A DNA stretch of 64,000 nucleotides from Chrysomallon squamiferum (lineage: Eukaryota; Animalia; Mollusca), in the NCBI GenBank assembly GCA_012295275.1, contig CM022665.1, positions 28,458,001-28,522,000 of the forward strand, written 5' to 3'. The position numbers and the translations under genes were made by a program. The notes under the pieces are model-generated. The model was not told the origin of the DNA and searched no databases. It saw only the letters and a list, made by a program, of their open reading frames with translations. Below, one piece after another: positions 51,716-62,867 of the stretch (its first letter is position 1; each line of letters starts with the position of its first letter).

Positions 51716-53937
51716 TTGTGTTTATGAAATAGATAAGATCTTGAAGTCTGTTTCTAGTATTTATTTTGAAGGATAGAATACACCAACCTTTTGGGGAATT
51801 ATAAATAATATGTCACCTGAATAATGCTCAATGGTTCTTTAATTTTGTTCTGTTTTCAGAATCCTTGGCACAGACCGACTGATCCAGTATGCAAGTTCTG
51901 AATGGTTTAAAGACATCAAGCGAAATCAGCTGCCGAGTATTTTAGGAGGTGTGGGACCAATGTATTCATTTGTTCAGATATGTAAGTATTTTGTTCATTA
52001 TATTTTACCTTTAATTTTAAAAAAAATAAAACATGAGAAAAACGTTTTAGGACCTTTTCAGCATGTCAACAGTTTTTATTCAGTTTTGGATTATAATAAT
52101 AATGGTGTTTAGTGAATGCAAGTTGAATAATAACAGACTGTGTCACAGACACAAACAAATACACTCAGATATACACAGGTACATATAGAATGCATCTTTA
52201 CATACATGTGTGTGACAATATGTGTGTTTAAATAGGTGTAGTATCAATGTGAATAGGTTTGTATACACATATACACGCTCATGCTCAGAAACAAATATGG
52301 AGTACATACTAGATATATAAAAATATACAACATTTATACATACACATAGCTAATGATTGTGTGTGTGTGTGTGTGGATTTATTAGGCAAGACTATTACAA
52401 ATTGGCTTATTATTATTGTTATTGTTATTGCTATTATTATTATTATTGTTAATATTACTATAATTATTATTATTATTATTATAGTCCAGGGTGTTAAAGA
52501 TCTGTTCTGGCTGCCTGTTGAGCAGTATAGAAAAGATGGAAGGATTGTGAGAGGAATCCAACGAGGTGCTAGTTCCTTCACCACATCAACAGCCATGGCC
52601 CTGCTAGAACTCACCAACAAAGTTGTGCAGTCCATACAGGTAGATATAAAACTATGAGATGTATATTGCTTGTATGTTAAAGTCACTGGAGGTGGATGTA
52701 AGTATGGACAAAAGAAAACGTTAGATAGAATACAAGAGTATGTGAATGAGTACATTGTGGACAATACAAAATATTTTCAAGTATAAAATAACATAACTTA
52801 TCCAGTGGATATGAATTACACACATGAAGACTTTTGTTGTGAACAAAATAATTGTTTTGCCTGCCATGAATTTCATTTGTTTATGACATCACCCATTAAA
52901 ATAATCAAAATAAATATTCCACAATGTCTTGTTTTTAGCTTAATATATGAATTACAAATAAATTCTGCATTGAGAATGAAAAGTTATTATTTCTTCTGCC
53001 AGTATTTACTTTATAGTCTGTGTGACTATCTTTATGTTTGTTAACCTAACACTTGCACCTAGTGTAATTATGATGTATGTGAATGAAAGATTTTGAAAAT
53101 TGAAAGATTTTGAAAATTATAAAATTTTTGCTGTATTTTCAGTGGATAGCAGAACTTACCTATGATATGTTGTCTCCTGGACCCAGTGTCCGAGTGTCCA
53201 GCTCTCGCAAACAGAAACACATTAGACGTGGACAGCCTCTTGATATCCGAGAAGGAATGACCAATGCATACCTTGTTGTGAGAGAGGTGTGTGCGATCCC
53301 TCAGTTAAAAGTCACTTTTTCAAGAGTAGTATTATAATTATTATAACAGTATCTGTGTTGTAGGATTCCATGATGCTGCTGAAATTATGGCTACAGCTCA
53401 CTTACTATATAAGTATACATGTGGTATATAGATATTTAACAAAGTAATGATAAACTGAACACTTGATGGAAATACAGAACAGTTAAAACATTAATAAGAA
53501 ATTTATTCTTAAATAAGTGGATTTAAAAAGAAAAGTTTTATAGCTGTGTATGCATGTGTCTGTGTGTTTGTGTTTGTGTGTTTTGTACGTGTTGTCTACA
53601 TGCACGAACATATGTTTGTATTTTTGCACTCCTACAATACAGTTATTAACAACTGAAATATCCATTACACATTATCAAATAGCTGAGACTGAAATCTGTT
53701 TTTCAGGGTATCACAGATACAGCAGGAAACTTAGTGAGAGCAGCCACAGAGGAGCAGGAACAGAAAGGTTTCACAGGAGCTGTAGGAGGCGTGCTGCGAC
53801 AGATCCCACCCACCATTGTCCAGCCGGTGATCATAGCATCAGAGGCAACATCAAAAGTTCTCGGAGGAATGAGAAACCAGCTGAGACCAGAGGCAAAGAA
53901 GGAGGATGAAGAGAAATGGAGAGATGGAAAAAGTTGA
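10789..53937 (+). CDS. ATG2: Autophagy-related protein 2 (ATG2A/B co-ortholog), 42 coding exons, 2108 aa
   Basis: join(10789..10959,11854..12022,12735..12896,13325..13427,14672..14882,15337..15531,16534..16630,16977..17153,17473..17601,18269..18337,19189..19456,21242..21428,33609..33719,34094..34285,35123..35226,35570..35739,36258..36363,36908..37121,37879..38021,38301..38464,39020..39174,39593..39725,40067..40272,40757..40837,41183..41289,43694..43786,44360..44427,44584..44651,45081..45248,45811..45940,46475..46716,47560..47761,48465..48510,48936..49071,49620..49787,50150..50526,50982..51051,51583..51665,51860..51981,52485..52639,53143..53286,53707..53937) = 6327 nt, GT-AG introns, consistent phases. 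Motifs: chorein-N KKRACRYLLQRYVGHFL..LSLDQLSVDL, RFPVPDLR, RTCADSC, LVWYMYGGKDFG, DLEIRDRL, PIRLDYHGK, QGVKDLFWLPVEQYRKDGRIVRG, GAVGGVLRQIPP. A few small exons in disordered regions are less certain. Confidence 0.95.
14500..14625 (-). mobile_element. Possible 3'-terminal LINE (L2/CR1-like) ORF2 fragment
   Basis: Minus strand gives YGNKPFLYHAVGP then (frameshift) IRLWNVF, resembling the YGxRxF...RLWNxLP end of L2/CR1 ORF2. The match is short and degenerate. Confidence 0.25.
19921..21120. mobile_element. Degenerate non-autonomous DNA transposon (MITE-like) in ATG2 intron 11, carrying an internal minisatellite
   Basis: Both ends carry recurring (C)CTTGAAA subterminal motifs (about 19936-20035 and 21057-21092), and the composition differs from the flanking intron. 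TIRs and TSD were not resolved. Confidence 0.35.
20587..20947. repeat. Minisatellite, 19 copies of a 19-bp unit (consensus CTTATTCACATCA[A/G]TCAT[C/T])
   Basis: Counted directly: 361 bp = 19 x 19. It explains the three overlapping repetitive ORFs at 20486-20977. Confidence 0.95.
25936..28515 (-). CDS. Type I membrane LRR + fibronectin type III protein (FLRT/ELFN-like architecture), 859 aa, single-exon CDS nested antisense in ATG2 intron 12
   Basis: Uninterrupted 2580-nt ORF: hydrophobic signal peptide, Cys-rich LRRNT, about 17 LxxLxLxxNxI repeats, LRRCT (NSLNCDCRMKWL..C..C), Thr-rich stalk, FN3 (TSITVSW...LYEIRGLTIGTRYEIIVKA), TM helix IGIIIGAVIGGVLFLLILVAILYLIFI followed by RRR, and a tail of about 150 aa without a TIR or kinase domain. 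Confidence 0.95.
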   Translation of the reverse strand: MAIFIVIVTIISCILAGEVTGETTDCSILKHIIKNCSCEGKEGEPIIYCRRHQLTEVPAISNTSLYNGTIAELTLSENDIEHIPDNAFMGLRIKKLDLTMNKLHNVSDLAFKGLEESLQILKIGGYGNATAPFTAMKKLTKLTELTMKNYKVPSTDMTNATFLSFTKLKTLILDSWNVKSIEGHVFDGLGEVTKLVLTRFDLESMPHEALLTLTKLEKLEITHCKLTRITDYSFQEFHNLVEINFSHNLIKNIERQSFDGITDRLLSLNLGYNEISTSLTALGFLTALQSLQLQNIGLLKIPPNPFFLTNKNNLQYLSLAANHISNVTDMAFVSTPNLINLDLSGNQILTFHENAFFSIPNLKQLVLDNQKLPTSKTMTLPSFVNLTSLETLNLQNTRLDPVSSWDKLKEATSLQSLNLDSTGLSIIKDFTFEHFTRLKTLDLNGNSISNITWKSLFGLKNTLTNIFLNSNNIQTVEKCTFYNFTTHLMIHLYNNSLNCDCRMKWLRRAQLEKTVILSQMEKCMLPNEKLFNKMSLSDFVCNYTYTDEECPNYYTTTPITTTTIPTTTHLPRFKIVASITATTETSITVSWTIPQSALVHIVGIFVEHVDLSDPANKGTSDLLNPNIALYEIRGLTIGTRYEIIVKALRTDNLTDSDSIQSPTKSKPASTTVKSEPPSDDSEIGIIIGAVIGGVLFLLILVAILYLIFIRRRPEKTSYPVQPRTFTPAELPSIGYDSKRYIRKKKPGDKKEDINVTVISDGKTHKDRVSAGSYQNLDTKAGKVVSHEPNHNPAKSRIHSYVNEKPPHSTNEYENDVDIRKLPKVPAEYRGNATKSGGYYNPSFRNSSQDGSHEYSEINL
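30020..30290 (-). promoter_or_regulatory. Putative promoter and non-coding first exon of the nested LRR-FN3 gene
   Basis: Acceptor TTTTAG at 28544-28543, 27 nt before the ATG; consensus minus-strand donor CAG|GTAAG at 30020/30019 (alternative AAG|GTAAG near 29881). CpG-enriched patch 30030-30290 with CCAATCAG (about 30117) and GCGGAAG (about 30262). Confidence 0.45.
31978..32057. repeat. (TG)n-(GA)n compound microsatellite
   Basis: Directly visible. Confidence 0.95.
35015..35120. repeat. (CAT)n/(TAT)n microsatellite abutting the ATG2 exon 15 acceptor
   Basis: Directly visible. Confidence 0.95.
41875..41935. repeat. (CT)n microsatellite
   Basis: Directly visible. Confidence 0.95.
42101..42121 (+). 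CDS. ATG2: Candidate 21-nt alternative microexon of ATG2 (inserts LNVEEDR)
   Basis: TTTTTCTTAG|ACTCAACGTGGAAGAAGATCG|GTATGC. Phase 2-2 matches flanking exons 25 and 26, there is no stop, and it contains a GAAGAAGA enhancer-like core. Confidence 0.55.
43795..44330. repeat. Compound (CA)n/(GATA)n tract with three copies of a 52-bp unit at 44093-44245
   Basis: The unit ATAGTCAGACAATGATCTGGATAAATATAAATAGGTAGATAGACAGATATAT starts at 44093, 44145 and 44197. Confidence 0.9.
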
Positions 53938-56900
53938 TTTACATTTAGATGAATTATGCAAGGATGGAACAGATTCTTCTTCTTTCTTTGTTTTGTCTTT
54001 TTTTTTAAAGCTAGGTTGTCAGTATTGATCAGATGTTTTAAATGATGAACGCTGATGATGAATACTGAACTGATGTTTTAAATGATGAATGCTGATGAAA
54101 ATTTAAATTATGAAGGCTAATGGAATGTTTCAGATGATTGTCTGCTGATACATTTTAATGAAGAATGCTGTTGAAATGTTACTATACTGATTATATCAGT
54201 GGTTGAAAGAGTTTAAAAAGGAGTCAGTATTTTTCTATTTAGAATCATAATTTTAATATTGCAGACATTTATCCCACTTTATTTTTATTTATTTTTTAGC
54301 TCTATCTAATCAAACAATGTATGTTCAATAGATTTAACTGTCAAATTGTGGCAGCCGGCTTGCCATTCTGTTAGAGATTCATCTCACAGCAACAGTTATT
54401 TGTTATTTATTTAATTACTTCTAATTTTATGTCTGTGGATATGTGTATAGCTTTGCATTTGTATTTAAAATAAGACTTGATAGCTACCTGCTACATCATC
54501 AATTATTATTATTTATCAAAATCAGGCAGGAAACCCAAAAGAAACAAGAAAAAAAAAAAGATTTCTTGAAATCAATTCCAAAAATAATCAGTTCCGACAG
54601 ATGATGTTGTTGTAAAAGACTCAAAACTTTCACCGAAAGGTTTAACTGATGAATTATATTAATTTGTTTTAATTTTATATTACATTATTTTTCCATATAA
54701 AATCTTATAATCATTACTATGTTTTCTTGGATACTTAGTCACACATAAATAAAAATCTGTGACAGTCTATTTTATCATGTTTTGGCTGACAAATGTGTCT
54801 GAAGTCAGTTCTATAGGTTGTGGAAAATTATAACCGGTAAATATGAAGGATCTTATTTTATTTGTTATCCTGTATTTGCCTAATACATATTTACTTTTAA
54901 ATACACTTATTTTATTAAAGTTGTTGAATCAAAGAATTTTAACATGAAGCTATGTATGTTACACTGCATTGGTTTATTTTTATTTTTATTATTAAATTAT
55001 CTGTATGTTTAAATAGGAAGAAAAAGTTGTTTCTTTTTTTTCTTTTTGTTGGTTGGTTGGTTTGTTTTATTTATTTATTTATATTTTTTATATTTTAATT
55101 TTTGTTTTCTTATAAAGTGAAATTTTGTAAGTTAAGATCAAAATAATGATTATTTAGATTTAGATTTTCAGTTCTGTGTAAGTAATGAGCCAACTTGCAC
55201 TAGAACAGTTTATTGTATGTTGTTGTTCAATTCAGCTTGTTACATTGAGGATATCAGTCATTTTAATAGTACCAAAGCTGTGATAACACTAACCAGGGAT
55301 GTAAGTATGGTTTCAGACAATGGATATAAGATTGTTTACTCCTCAAAGTTATATTTCTGAGAATGAAATAATTTTTATTATTATGTCCACAAATGAAACC
55401 AGGAAAAAAAGGAATCTGTATGTCACATGCTTTACTTGGATTTGTATAAACAATAAACAAAAAGGTGTTGTTAGCCTTATTTATATTGTCAAATTACCCA
55501 GGAATTACTCTAATTATATGTGAAAAAAAAAAAAAAAGCTTGGAAATGGCCAAATACTGAAAATTAAAACAATTTAGTTCAGGGGAAGTAATTTCTCTAT
55601 TTTTAATTTTTGATATATGATGAAGACTTGAGAGCTGTTTTAAAATATTATAGAACAAAGTTAAAAGTGTACTTAAATAATGTAACAGTTAAGATGTTAT
55701 TATTACATCTTATTTAATTTTCATTTTAGACACAGCAAATTATTTTCTAGTTACTTGTCAATCTTTCAATGTAACTAAATTTTTCTTTTGTTTCTTTTCT
55801 TTTTTCCCAAAGTAATTTTGCTTTCTTTTTTCTCCTCTTTATTTATTTATTCTTAATTAGAAATTCCAGTACTGTTATAATTTTTGTGTTCTCTGTGCAT
55901 AATACAAGTATAATAATGATAAAGAGTAATTCAGTTTATTTCTTCTTGACTGGTAACCAGTTTTTAAAATGTTAAATGTTTTAAAAGTAACCTGTTGTAA
56001 AATATAAACCATTTGAAAAAGTATACAATTTGTATAAAGCTTATATATACATATATATTTAGTGTTTGACAATGAAAGTAATTAACAGGTATAGAAGTAT
56101 TTATCAAGTGTATGTTAATAATATATATACAAGAACATATGTAACTTGTATAAACTTTGTAGTATTCTGCTGTGGCATGTGTTAACCACTCTTAACCAAG
56201 CTTGTAACTGTCTGCCTATCTGTGTGTGTGTGTGTGTGTGTGTGTGATATTTACGTAATAGTTTAACGTACACAGAGACTGCATACAAGCTAGTTAATGT
56301 GATTTGTGTATTAACCGTGTGTGCAAGAGCTAAGAACACATACCAGTGGTATTTACAAAACAGTGTATACAGTACAAACTGTGATCATATTTCAATGTGC
56401 CATTTCGTAACACACGTGACTGTATATAACATATTGCTAAACATATATATCTACATAGAAGTGAATTTGTGCAAACTAGCAGAGCAACTGCATTCAAATA
56501 AATTGTTTATAACATTATTTTCTGTCTTGTTTGTTTATTGAACTGATAATTATCATAAACAGAATGAGATCATTATAGACTATGTATTTCCCAAGTTATT
56601 GTTTCAGGCTACCAAATCCCACTAATTTACCATCATGATGTGTGAGTTTTGTTTAATTTTTGTTCTATTTCTGTTAAACATCACAATATAGCAGAAAAAC
56701 AAAAATCAAAATTTAGCATGAAAAAACAATAAAAAACAACACAGCAACTAAAATATGGTCTTTAATTATTTTATTCACATAACAAATACAAAATTATAAA
56801 TGTAAACAACTACTGATTTATCATAAAAGCAATTTGCTCTCACCCAAAAAATATATAGTGATATTTTTGACAGTTTATTTCCTTTTTTTTTTTTTTTTTT

Positions 56901-58572
56901 TTTAAATTGTCAGGTGGGATTCGATCTGTGGAAATTTAATTCTTTCTTTCACTTATTTTTTTTTTATTATTTTTTTATTTATTTATTATTATTATACAGT
57001 TTTACATACGGATACACGCACATTTTTACAAACACCTATATATAACCTATAAAAAATAACATAAACATACCTGTATTAACATGAGTGTAACATATATAAT
57101 ACAAATTCACTCCTAGACATAACCAAATATTTCTAGTAATAATGTAATTCTAAAACCTAAATTTTGATCTATGCAACTTTAACTTGTAGCCTTGCTACAT
57201 TGTTACAGAATTTTGTTACATTTTTAAAATGATTTTATTATAGTTTTTGAATAGGTAGAAATTATGAATTGTGCTAATAGTAAATAGTAAATGCATATTG
57301 AGAAATATGAATTTGTTTATAACTAAAATAATAATTTCCTACCTTAAATATACGAATTTCTAAAGAGTAAAACCACATGACAATAACAGTGGCTGGCTAA
57401 TCGTGATGTTTTCCCATCATTTTCCAATTCCGGAACTCTTCTGCTGGAGGGACATTTAAAAGTCTGTAAATATAAAATAACTAAAACAATTTAACAAAGG
57501 CATTACTTTGCCATTGTTTTGCGTTGTGAGTTGTTATACAAAAAATTAAGCCCTCACAACGCAAATGAATGTTCAAAAAAGAAAATAATAATGGCAAATA
57601 ATCTTTTTTTAAATAATTAAAAACAAGTTCCACGTGTAAATGATATTTAAACATATATGTTCATACTGAAACATAACAGAAATTCGAATACATATCCTTT
57701 CACATTACAAAGCAAGAAACTATAACAAAAAATGGAACGAAAACAACACTAAAATATTTATGTTGCATATATCAGGCATAAACCTTGACATAATAAAAAT
57801 TAATTATTAACTTTTTAATAATAATAATAAATGTGTGTATATTATATGTATAGAGTGGAAGTGATGACAGAAAATGAATGAAACAATTCATTTATTTTTA
57901 TTTCATTTTATTTTACTTTTATATATATATATACATTCCATATGCATAAAAGTTACGTAATTTTGTACAGCTTATTTAAAATTAACTTGTTAAATATTAA
58001 GTTAAATATTTAGAACAACAAAAAATTAAGAAAAGAAGAATGTCTGTTTTTGTGCACGCTATTCTTGTTAAATCAATCAAAGCGGCACATAATTATCAGC
58101 TACAGTTTGAAGCCATTGGGGACTGGGCGAAGATAGACTGCTGTTTGAATGAGCCCATCCATCCGCTAGGATCGCTGCACTCATGGAAATAAAAATGACG
58201 CGTCATGGTAAAACATCAGTTAATGAGTTATTCGTATTTCTGTCTTTGAATGTAATAAAACAATTTGACAGTATTAGAAGTAACTTACAGAGTTAATGGA
58301 TCTATCTACAATATAACAAAATATATATATATATATTTTTATTTTATTTATTTTATTTTATTTTATTTTTTTTTGTCGGATTCAGTAATTTATATATAAC
58401 TAATACGTTGCCAAAAAAAAAAATTGTTGTTGAATTTGAGATCTAAAGCATTTTTTGTATGGTATATTAATATATAATAAATTAATGTTTGTGGAGCTAC
58501 ATTTGTCTTCCTTTTTTGATCATGTTCCATACGTGAATTTTCTATTAACTGAAATTCATGGTTCCGTTAGTA

Positions 58573-58632
58573 CATGTTAAGGATCCATTATCCGAAATTC
58601 CAAAATCCGAAAAATTCCGAAATCCGAAACAA
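58573..58632 (+). mobile_element. Solo end of a pogo/Tigger-like MITE
   Basis: TA followed by CATGTTAAGGATCCATTATCCGAAATTCCAAAATCCGAAAAATTCCGAAATCCGAAAC, resembling the CAGGTTGAG.ATCCC..ATCCGAAA (TCCGAAA)n termini of Tigger-type elements. No partner TIR was found. Confidence 0.4.
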
Positions 58633-58681
58633 TTAACGAGCATCGGAAATAGTAATTGCTTTGCTTGTATAAATCACCTTA

Positions 58682-58706
58682 AATAATAATAATAATAATA
58701 ATAATA

Positions 58707-58754
<48 letters not shown>
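58682..58754. repeat. (AAT)n followed directly by (TTA)n, a self-complementary microsatellite
   Basis: Directly visible. A (CA)n tract also lies at 59003-59065. Confidence 0.9.
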
Positions 58755-58758
<4 letters not shown>

Positions 58759-58999
58759 GATTCACTGCGCAACTGATGTCATAGTTTGTATACATTTATG
58801 CATAATAGTAAAATAGAATGGAAATATCTACAACTGACGGACACATTGCTTTCTCATTTCGCCGATTTTCGTTCAACTCCGGTTATATACTGGAAATAAG
58901 ACGTCAACAATTGACTGGCGTCCTTTAGCTTTTGGAATATAATTGAGTTTGGAGGTTAGGTAGCGTCCAGAAAATTAAACTTTTATAAGTTAACGTCTC

Positions 59000-59067
<68 letters not shown>

Positions 59068-59367
59068 ATTTCGAAGTTACATATCATTTGCAGAAACGAA
59101 TATACTTGATTTAGCCCAAACAACTTTTATTCAATCGATATACTATTCAGCTTTGAATAGATTTCGGGTATTAAAATATCTGATAATATTCTTCACATTT
59201 ATTTCTTTTTCTTTCTTTTCTTTTTAACCCGACAATCAATTAAATTATAATAATATTTATAGAAAGTCAAAATATACGAATAAGAATTTTATTATCCGTT
59301 CACAAAAATATACAGATTTATTACATTATGTACATACACAGGCATAGTCTGAGATATAATAATTTGG

Positions 59368-59398
<31 letters not shown>

Positions 59399-59400
59399 TA

Positions 59401-61026
59401 TCACAGTTGTGTATACGTGTTTGGATGTATTGTATCTGGTGTGTGCCATGTTGCAGAGTTGGTAGGTGTGAAATACGGATTGGTGAAGGATGAAATGGCT
59501 AAAGGTTGATATGAATCGTCACCACAGCTGACTGGACAATGAAGCTGTACTTGCGGACGAAGCGGTTCCTGTTGACGTAACGCAGACAACATCACTGGTG
59601 GATCGGCAATAAAAGGGAAAGGAAATACTCTGTTTAGTCCCACTGGAGCAGGTGGAATGCACGATCCACCAGAAATATCTAAATATCCATTTTCTGAGGT
59701 TCTAGGAGGTGGCGCCATCATGGAACACTGTAATGGCACTGCTGTAGGCTGAGGTAATGTTTGTTCTTTGGAAAACTTAGGGTCTACAGACCCGTGTCTG
59801 TAACTGAGGAGATCAGCCAGAACAGGAATACTTTCGTAACCTGAAGACCCGGACGGTTGCTGAATTGAAGCAGGAGGACAGTTCATGGTGGTCTGTGGGT
59901 GTAGAAAGTCGTTAGGAAGAATATTGACACTGCTTGGAACACTGCCGCCAGGAAACATCCCCAGATAGGACGGTTGAGTGGCAAACATCATCTGTCCTGG
60001 TTTAAGAAATCCTGTTTTGGGATTATGGAATGCTGAAGTGTTTTTCGAATGATTGAAACGGTTACCTGCGGTGTTGAGAAAAGCGCTGGGCGTCACTTTA
60101 TTTGGCGGGTTCACCATGTCGTAATGCTGAAAAAGAGCGTTGGTGCCCAGTTTGGCGGCTGCTGCAGCTGCCGATGCTGCAGCCGTTGCTGCCGCGTGGT
60201 TTGATCTATTACTTCGTTTTTTCTTCTTCTTTTTATTTTTTAGAGGATCCTTTTCGAATTTCATCAGTTCTGCTATGACACTCTTCATAACAAGAGGAGG
60301 AAGAACCTGCTCAGAGTCGCTTTCACCTTTATCATCATCTTTGTCTTTAGAAGTGTCCATAGCGTCCTCACATTTATCAGCATCATCCAGTTTCTCCTCA
60401 CTTTTCTCGTCGTCTGCTTTGTCGTCTGCTTTATCGTCTGCTCCTTTTTCTTTCCCGCCAGTCCCTACGACGTCTTTCCTCCTCCTGTTCTGAAACCAGA
60501 TCTGAAAATATTTGAAAAGTAATATTACTTCATTTGCATTAAATAAATTGTAGCTAAAAGAGAATCTCATTTCGGAAGTACAATACGGGCAATCAATATC
60601 TCAATTATCTACCTTAATACACACAGTCGCATGTTCCTGTAGTTGTTGTTGTTACCAAAATCATTATTATTGTGATTTATTATTATTACTGTTGTTGTTG
60701 TTGTTGGTCATACTGTTGATTCTGTTGCTGTTTCTGTTGTTAATACAGAAGAGTTCTTGCAAAATATGAAGATAGTATAGAAGTATAGAACTGTAAAGAA
60801 ATACAGAACAAGGTATATAAAAAATAATATCTTTAAAAAATAATAAAATAATATTAATTACTTACTTTGACCTGTTCTCTGGTGATGCCCACACGTTTGG
60901 CTATCAGTTGTTTCTGTGTGCTGTTCGGATATCTCACTCTGCCGTATATTCCATTTAGTAGTTCAAGCTGAAATCTCGTATAACTCAAACGTTCTCGTGG
61001 TGGAGGCGGAGTGAAAGGTCTATACT
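59401..61026 (-). CDS. Divergent Q50 PRD-like homeobox transcription factor, last two coding exons (5' exon not identified)
   Basis: complement(join(59401..60501,60866..61026)). The spliced homeodomain is PPRERLSYTRFQLELLNGIYGRVRYPNSTQKQLIAKRVGITREQVK|IWFQNRRRKDVV, with a phase-0 GT-AG intron between residues 46 and 47. It is followed by an acidic linker, a KNKKKKKR NLS-like stretch, poly-Ala and a Pro/Ser-rich C-terminus. Confidence 0.92.
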
Positions 61027-61206
61027 CTGAGACGAAATAATAATGTATTATTATTATTGTTGTTGTTGTTAAATGTATATATAGCTATATATATACATTT
61101 ACGGAACCATCTGGCTGACGCTAGCTCAAGACAACGGGACAGTACAGCAGTATAACGATGATGATTATACATATACATGTATATATATAAACACACGCAG
61201 TCACAC

Positions 61207-61212
<6 letters not shown>

Positions 61213-61304
<92 letters not shown>

Positions 61305-61308
61305 AGGG

Positions 61309-61364
<56 letters not shown>
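61213..61364. repeat. (GA)n microsatellite of about 150 bp
   Basis: Directly visible. Confidence 0.95.
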
Positions 61365-61368
<4 letters not shown>

Positions 61369-62277
61369 AATATATATTCACATATACAAATGGTGCTCTC
61401 TCTCGAATCAAATGAATTTATCAGGATATTTAAATAAATGAATGGCTGATTATGTATCATAAAAATTAAAATAATTTTTTTGGATGATATTTGATGATAT
61501 TTGCCTATTTTTATTTGTTGAAGAATTGCCCATGGTGAAGAAATTCATTCGTAGAAAAGATATCATTTTACGTACTAATTTCTATCAAATTACACCTATC
61601 CCTGCTCATTCTTCTTGAACGAACGTTACTTGAAGTAGATGTGATAACATTTACAATTCGTATATTTGGTATGTTTGAACTCTCCGGGTCCCGCACTTTT
61701 TCACCACATGTACTGTCTATAAAAACGTAATAAAACGTTGATGAACACAAAGCGTTCGACCTACAGCATTTTACTGAATAACCCGTGTAATTTATTTGTT
61801 TTTAAGTGATTCAGATTCTTATCACAGTTGTACAAAAGCCTCTGTTGTGGGTCCTACCGTGTTTTTAAGCCACACACACTCTCGTGAGTGTCAAGGTAAA
61901 TCATTTGATTTAAATGCTTCGTGAAAGGATGCAGCTATCACAAGAAATTGTCTCTCTTTTCTTTTCTCTTCTTCTTCTTCAATTTTTTTTTTTTTTTTTT
62001 TTTTTTAACTTCTTTCTATTCAGATGAATCCTCCACGCTACTGTACCAGTATATCAGTTTACTGATTCATGTTTACTACTTTTATAAAAACAATAGCATC
62101 GTGGCGTTTCCTTTCCGACTATGAGTGAGAGAGCATATAATAATAAATTAAAATGTGTCTCGTAACATTTTCCTTTCATTTCCTCTGTTGCTTAATTTTT
62201 CTTATTATCACCATTTTTTTTCTTTTTCTTTTCTTTTCTTCTGAGTAAAATCAACATCATCATCATCGTCATCGTCA

Positions 62278-62310
<33 letters not shown>

Positions 62311-62832
62311 GCGGGACTTTGGATGTTTTCTGCAATTTTTAATTCCTCCCACCTTCCGGCTTCATGAACTATTATCAAAATAATCGTAACTGATCGAGTA
62401 ACAAAATCCGGCATTTCGCAATACCAAAATTTCTTAGAGCATAACAAAAAAACAGAACAAAAGCTCCAAAATTGAACTTAATTCCGCCTCGACTAGTTGT
62501 GTACAGAACAGATGCGCCGCTCTTGGTGAAGTTGAAAGGGTGGAATAATGGGCGGGGAGAGTTTTCCCCAGGGACATTTATTTTTTTCTGCTACCAATGC
62601 TTATGACCTAACTGATGACAAGGATGATAACGGGGATAATAAGAGGGGAGGGAAAACCTCGGGCATGATGATAAATGATCCGTTAGATTGCTGTGGTCGT
62701 TTATAATGCATTTGGAAAATAGTAAAATAAACAAAACTTATAAGCATTCGTATATTCAAGGTGTCAGATATAAATATATAGTATAGGAATTAACCATACA
62801 TACATACATACAAGCACACACTTATCTACTAC

Positions 62833-62867
<35 letters not shown>

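Noticed and set aside
53364-53420. GFHDAAEIMATA-like peptide resembling an alternative last ATG2 exon
   Set aside because: The available AG puts it in the wrong phase relative to exon 41, and there is no further homology.
60140-60493. 117-aa plus-strand ORF
   Set aside because: Antisense shadow of the homeobox exon.
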